A stretch of 63,187 bases of DNA, taken from Carcharhinus longimanus. Taxonomy: Eukaryota. The stretch spans positions 115,285,891-115,349,077 of the forward strand of contig JASCQW010000132.1 in assembly GCA_030264375.1 (NCBI GenBank). Reading direction: 5' to 3'. Below the pieces are notes generated by a model. It saw nothing but the letters and a program-made list of their open reading frames with translations. It did not search any database and was not told the origin of the DNA. The number at the start of each line of letters is the position of its first letter. Within the stretch, counting starts at the first letter, position 1. Made by a program: the position numbers and the translations under genes. Below, in pieces: positions 60,571-63,187 of the stretch.

Positions 60571-61327
60571 TAATTGCCAAGCAACATACTATAGATAGAG
60601 CTAAGCAATCCTACAATCAACAAATTGAACCAAGTTCTGGAATTGTACCACATTCAGTTGTGAATGGTTGTGGGCAGATATGTTGGGGAAAGAAGAGGAG
60701 TCTTCATGAACACCCGCATCCTCAATGATAGCAAAGTGCAGCAGATAAGTGCAAAAGAAAAGCATTTGCAATTATCTTCAGCCAGAAGTGCCAAGAGAAT
60801 GATCTATCTCAGCTGCCTCCTGATGTTTCCATCAACACAGCATCCAGTCTTCAGCCGTTTTGTTCACTCCACATGATGTCAGGGAATGGCAGAGTACATT
60901 AGATATAGCTAAGGATATAAATTCTGACAACCGACTATTTGTAGTGCTGAAGCCTTATTTTCCTGGATTAGCTGTACCTCATCAAGTGGTTCCAGTAAAG
61001 GCCACAACATTGACTTGACAAAACAGAAAATTGCACAGATGTGTCCTGACCACAACAAGCCAGAAAACTCCAGTGTGACCTTTTATCAATCCACATCAAC
61101 CCTTGATTATCAACAAACTGATTGAAAATTTGTTGATAATGCTATCAGCCAACACTCACCAATGTTCAGTTTGAATTTCACAAGGACCATTCTACTCTAA
61201 GCCTCATTACAACCTTGGTCCAAACATGTACAAAAAAGCTGAATTCCAGAAGTGAGGTGAGAGTGACTGCCCTTGACATCATACTCTACCATTGGCAGCT
61301 GTACCTCCAGTCACCTCTGGAGTTTGG

Positions 61328-61620
61328 AGCAGCATGGTGGCACTGTGATTAGCACTGCTGCCTCACAGCGCCAGGAACACAGATTCAATTCCCGGCTTGG
61401 GTCACTGTGTGCGCGGAGTTTCCCCATGTTTGCATGGATTTTTTCTGGCTGCCTTGATTTCCTCCCACAGTCCAAAAGACGTGATGATTAGGTGCATTGG
61501 CCATGCCAAATTCTCCCTCAGTGTACTTGAACACCAGAGTGTGGCAACTGGGGATTTTCACATTAACTTCATTGCAGTGTTAATGTAAGCTTACTTGTGA
61601 CACTAATAAATAAACTTTAA
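61328..61620 (+). mobile_element. V-SINE with Rex1-like tail
   Basis: Ends cttgtgacactaataaataaac. Confidence 0.88.
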
Positions 61621-61624
61621 ACTT

Positions 61625-61805
61625 GAATTCCCTCCCATAAAATCTTTGCCTCCCCTTCTTAAAGATGCTCCTTTAAAACCCATTTCTTTGACCAACATGT
61701 TGTTTATCTCGTTTGATTTAGCATCTGTTATTTTCCATATTCTTTGATGGAAATTTCTTAGGAGAATTTTTAACATTGATAGTGCTATAGACATGCAAGC
61801 TATTA
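61625..61805 (+). mobile_element. L2-type 3' tail
   Basis: ttaaagatgctcctttaaaacccatttctttgaccaa...gtgctatagacatgcaag. Confidence 0.55.
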
Positions 61806-62005
61806 TCAACCTACCCAAGTTCATTGTAGATTTTGATATTACCATCCAAGTATCATGCTTGAAGATAACTCAAAAATGAAAAAGAATTGAATTCACTCCA
61901 CTAAAGTCAGTTCCTGTAATGAGTGATTTAGATTTTAAAATGTAAAGAACTGCTCTTTCAATTCTTGTTTTTCCATTTTCTAACTTGCTAAAATTAATTT
62001 TTCAG

Positions 62006-62089
62006 ATTGGTGAGAGGCAGCATGTTCTGATAACTGAAGAATCATTTGATGGCCAGTACTACGTCGCTCACAACAAATTTTATGAGCAA
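62006..62089 (+). CDS. CDKAL1: Internal coding exon of CDKAL1 (tRNA-Lys ms2t6A methylthiotransferase), start of TRAM domain
   Basis: Acceptor tttttcag| at 62005 and donor |gtaagt at 62090. The 84 nt translate in phase 0 as [28 protein letters not shown], closely matching my recollection of vertebrate CDKAL1 ([28 protein letters not shown]). Confidence 0.93.
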
Positions 62090-62324
62090 GTAAGTTGACA
62101 AAGGTTCTATCTCATTGTATTCCAGTAAATTGAAAGAATTTGTATTAAACTGGTATCACAAGACACTGCATTTCTCTATAGGCAATGGCATGAGATCTAA
62201 TAACTTAATAAAAATAAAACAGTCACCAAATAAAACAATCAAATAAATCAACAGTAATGTAAGATGTGTATAATTTAATAGCTCTCATGAAGAGCTACTA
62301 AATCTTGCACAGTTTAACAGTACA

Positions 62325-63187
62325 GATCCTGCGCAGATCAGCTGGTGCGGGTATTCACGGACGTCCTCAACCTCTCTTTACAACAATCTGAGGTCCCTAT
62401 CTGTTTCATCCTGGTACCTAAGAAAAACCAAGCTGTGTGCCTTAATGATTATCGGCTGGTGGCTCTGTCATCCATCATTATGAAATGCTTCAAAAGATTA
62501 GTCATGGCACGAATCAGTTCCAGCCTCCTGGACTACCTGGATCCACTACAGTTTGCCTACCGCTGCAAATGTCTACAGCAGACACCATATTCCTGGCCCT
62601 GCACACAACCCTAGAACACCTAGATAGCAAGGACACCTATGTCAGACTACTATTTGTTGACTACAGCTCAGCCTTCAGTACTATTATTCCCACAAAACTT
62701 ATCTCCAAATTCTGTGGCCTGGGCCTCAGCACTTCCCTCTGCGACTGGGTCCTGAACTTCCTAACTCAAAGACAATCAGTAAGCATAGGCAGCAACACCT
62801 CCTCCACGATCATTCTCAACACCAGTGTCCCACAAGACTGTGTTCTCAGCCCTATAATTCTTATACACCTATGACTGTGTGGCCAAATTCCACTTTAATT
62901 CAATTTTCAAGTTTGCTGATGACACCACCATATTGGAGAATCGGATCTCAAACAATGACGAGCAGAGTGCAGGAATGAGTTAGAGAATCTGGTGAACTGG
63001 TGCAGCAACAATAATCTCTCCCTCAATGTCAACAAAACGAAGAAGATTGTCATTGACTTCAGGAAGCTTAAAGGAAAACATTCCCCTGTCCACATCAATG
63101 GGGACAAAGTAGAAAGGATCAAGAACTTCAAGTTTTTAGGTGTCCAGATCACCAGCAACCTGTCCTGGTCCCCCCATGCCGACACTA
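62325..63187 (+). mobile_element. Rex1/Babar LINE RT, frameshifted, running off the window
   Basis: CLNDYRLVALSSIIMKCF, LDPLQFAYR, VRLLFVDYSSAFSTI and FKFADDTT. Confidence 0.93.

Larger units (their letters stand above)
58365..61280 (+). mobile_element. RTE-X-like LINE nest: host copy plus an inserted 3' copy (~58520-60040)
   Basis: The head is split between ~58518 and ~60045. PWFNEECRKAC at ~60325. QQDLDNVQVWNDKWQVT at ~58540. Confidence 0.7.
1..62005 (+). other. CDKAL1: Large CDKAL1 intron (upstream exon outside window or in a gap)
   Basis: The preceding exon (KKQRTKDL...PYDHK-like) was not found. The region is TE-rich with no other credible exon. Confidence 0.7.

Noticed and set aside
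1-63187. CRISPR array, operon or other prokaryotic system
   Set aside because: No repeat-spacer periodicity or dense coding. The sequence is vertebrate intronic DNA.

Overview
Eukaryotic DNA with several N gaps. The repeat content (HE1/V-SINE, HER1/CR1, Rex1/Babar, RTE/RTE-X, L2, DeuSINE-like, Penelope, Harbinger) points to a cartilaginous fish, probably a shark. I can support only one host exon: 62006-62089 (+, 84 nt, AG/GT, phase 0), translating as [28 protein letters not shown], which I recognise as the TRAM-region exon of CDKAL1. The upstream ~62 kb therefore appears to be one large CDKAL1 intron. It is a mosaic of nested retroelements and repeat-free, motif-dense blocks that look like conserved non-coding enhancers of the CDKAL1/SOX4 regulatory block (inference, not aligned). 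Best leads: Penelope-derived mini-elements carrying minimal hammerhead-ribozyme cores inside inverted repeats with target duplications; V-SINEs with two different LINE-derived tails; a bipartite Rex1 derivative; a tRNA-like head leading into a LINE endonuclease; an unexplained ~120-nt structured element; and a strong cryptic NAGNAG acceptor with an immediate stop. TE family names come from recognition by eye and their boundaries are approximate. No prokaryotic features or CRISPR arrays were seen.
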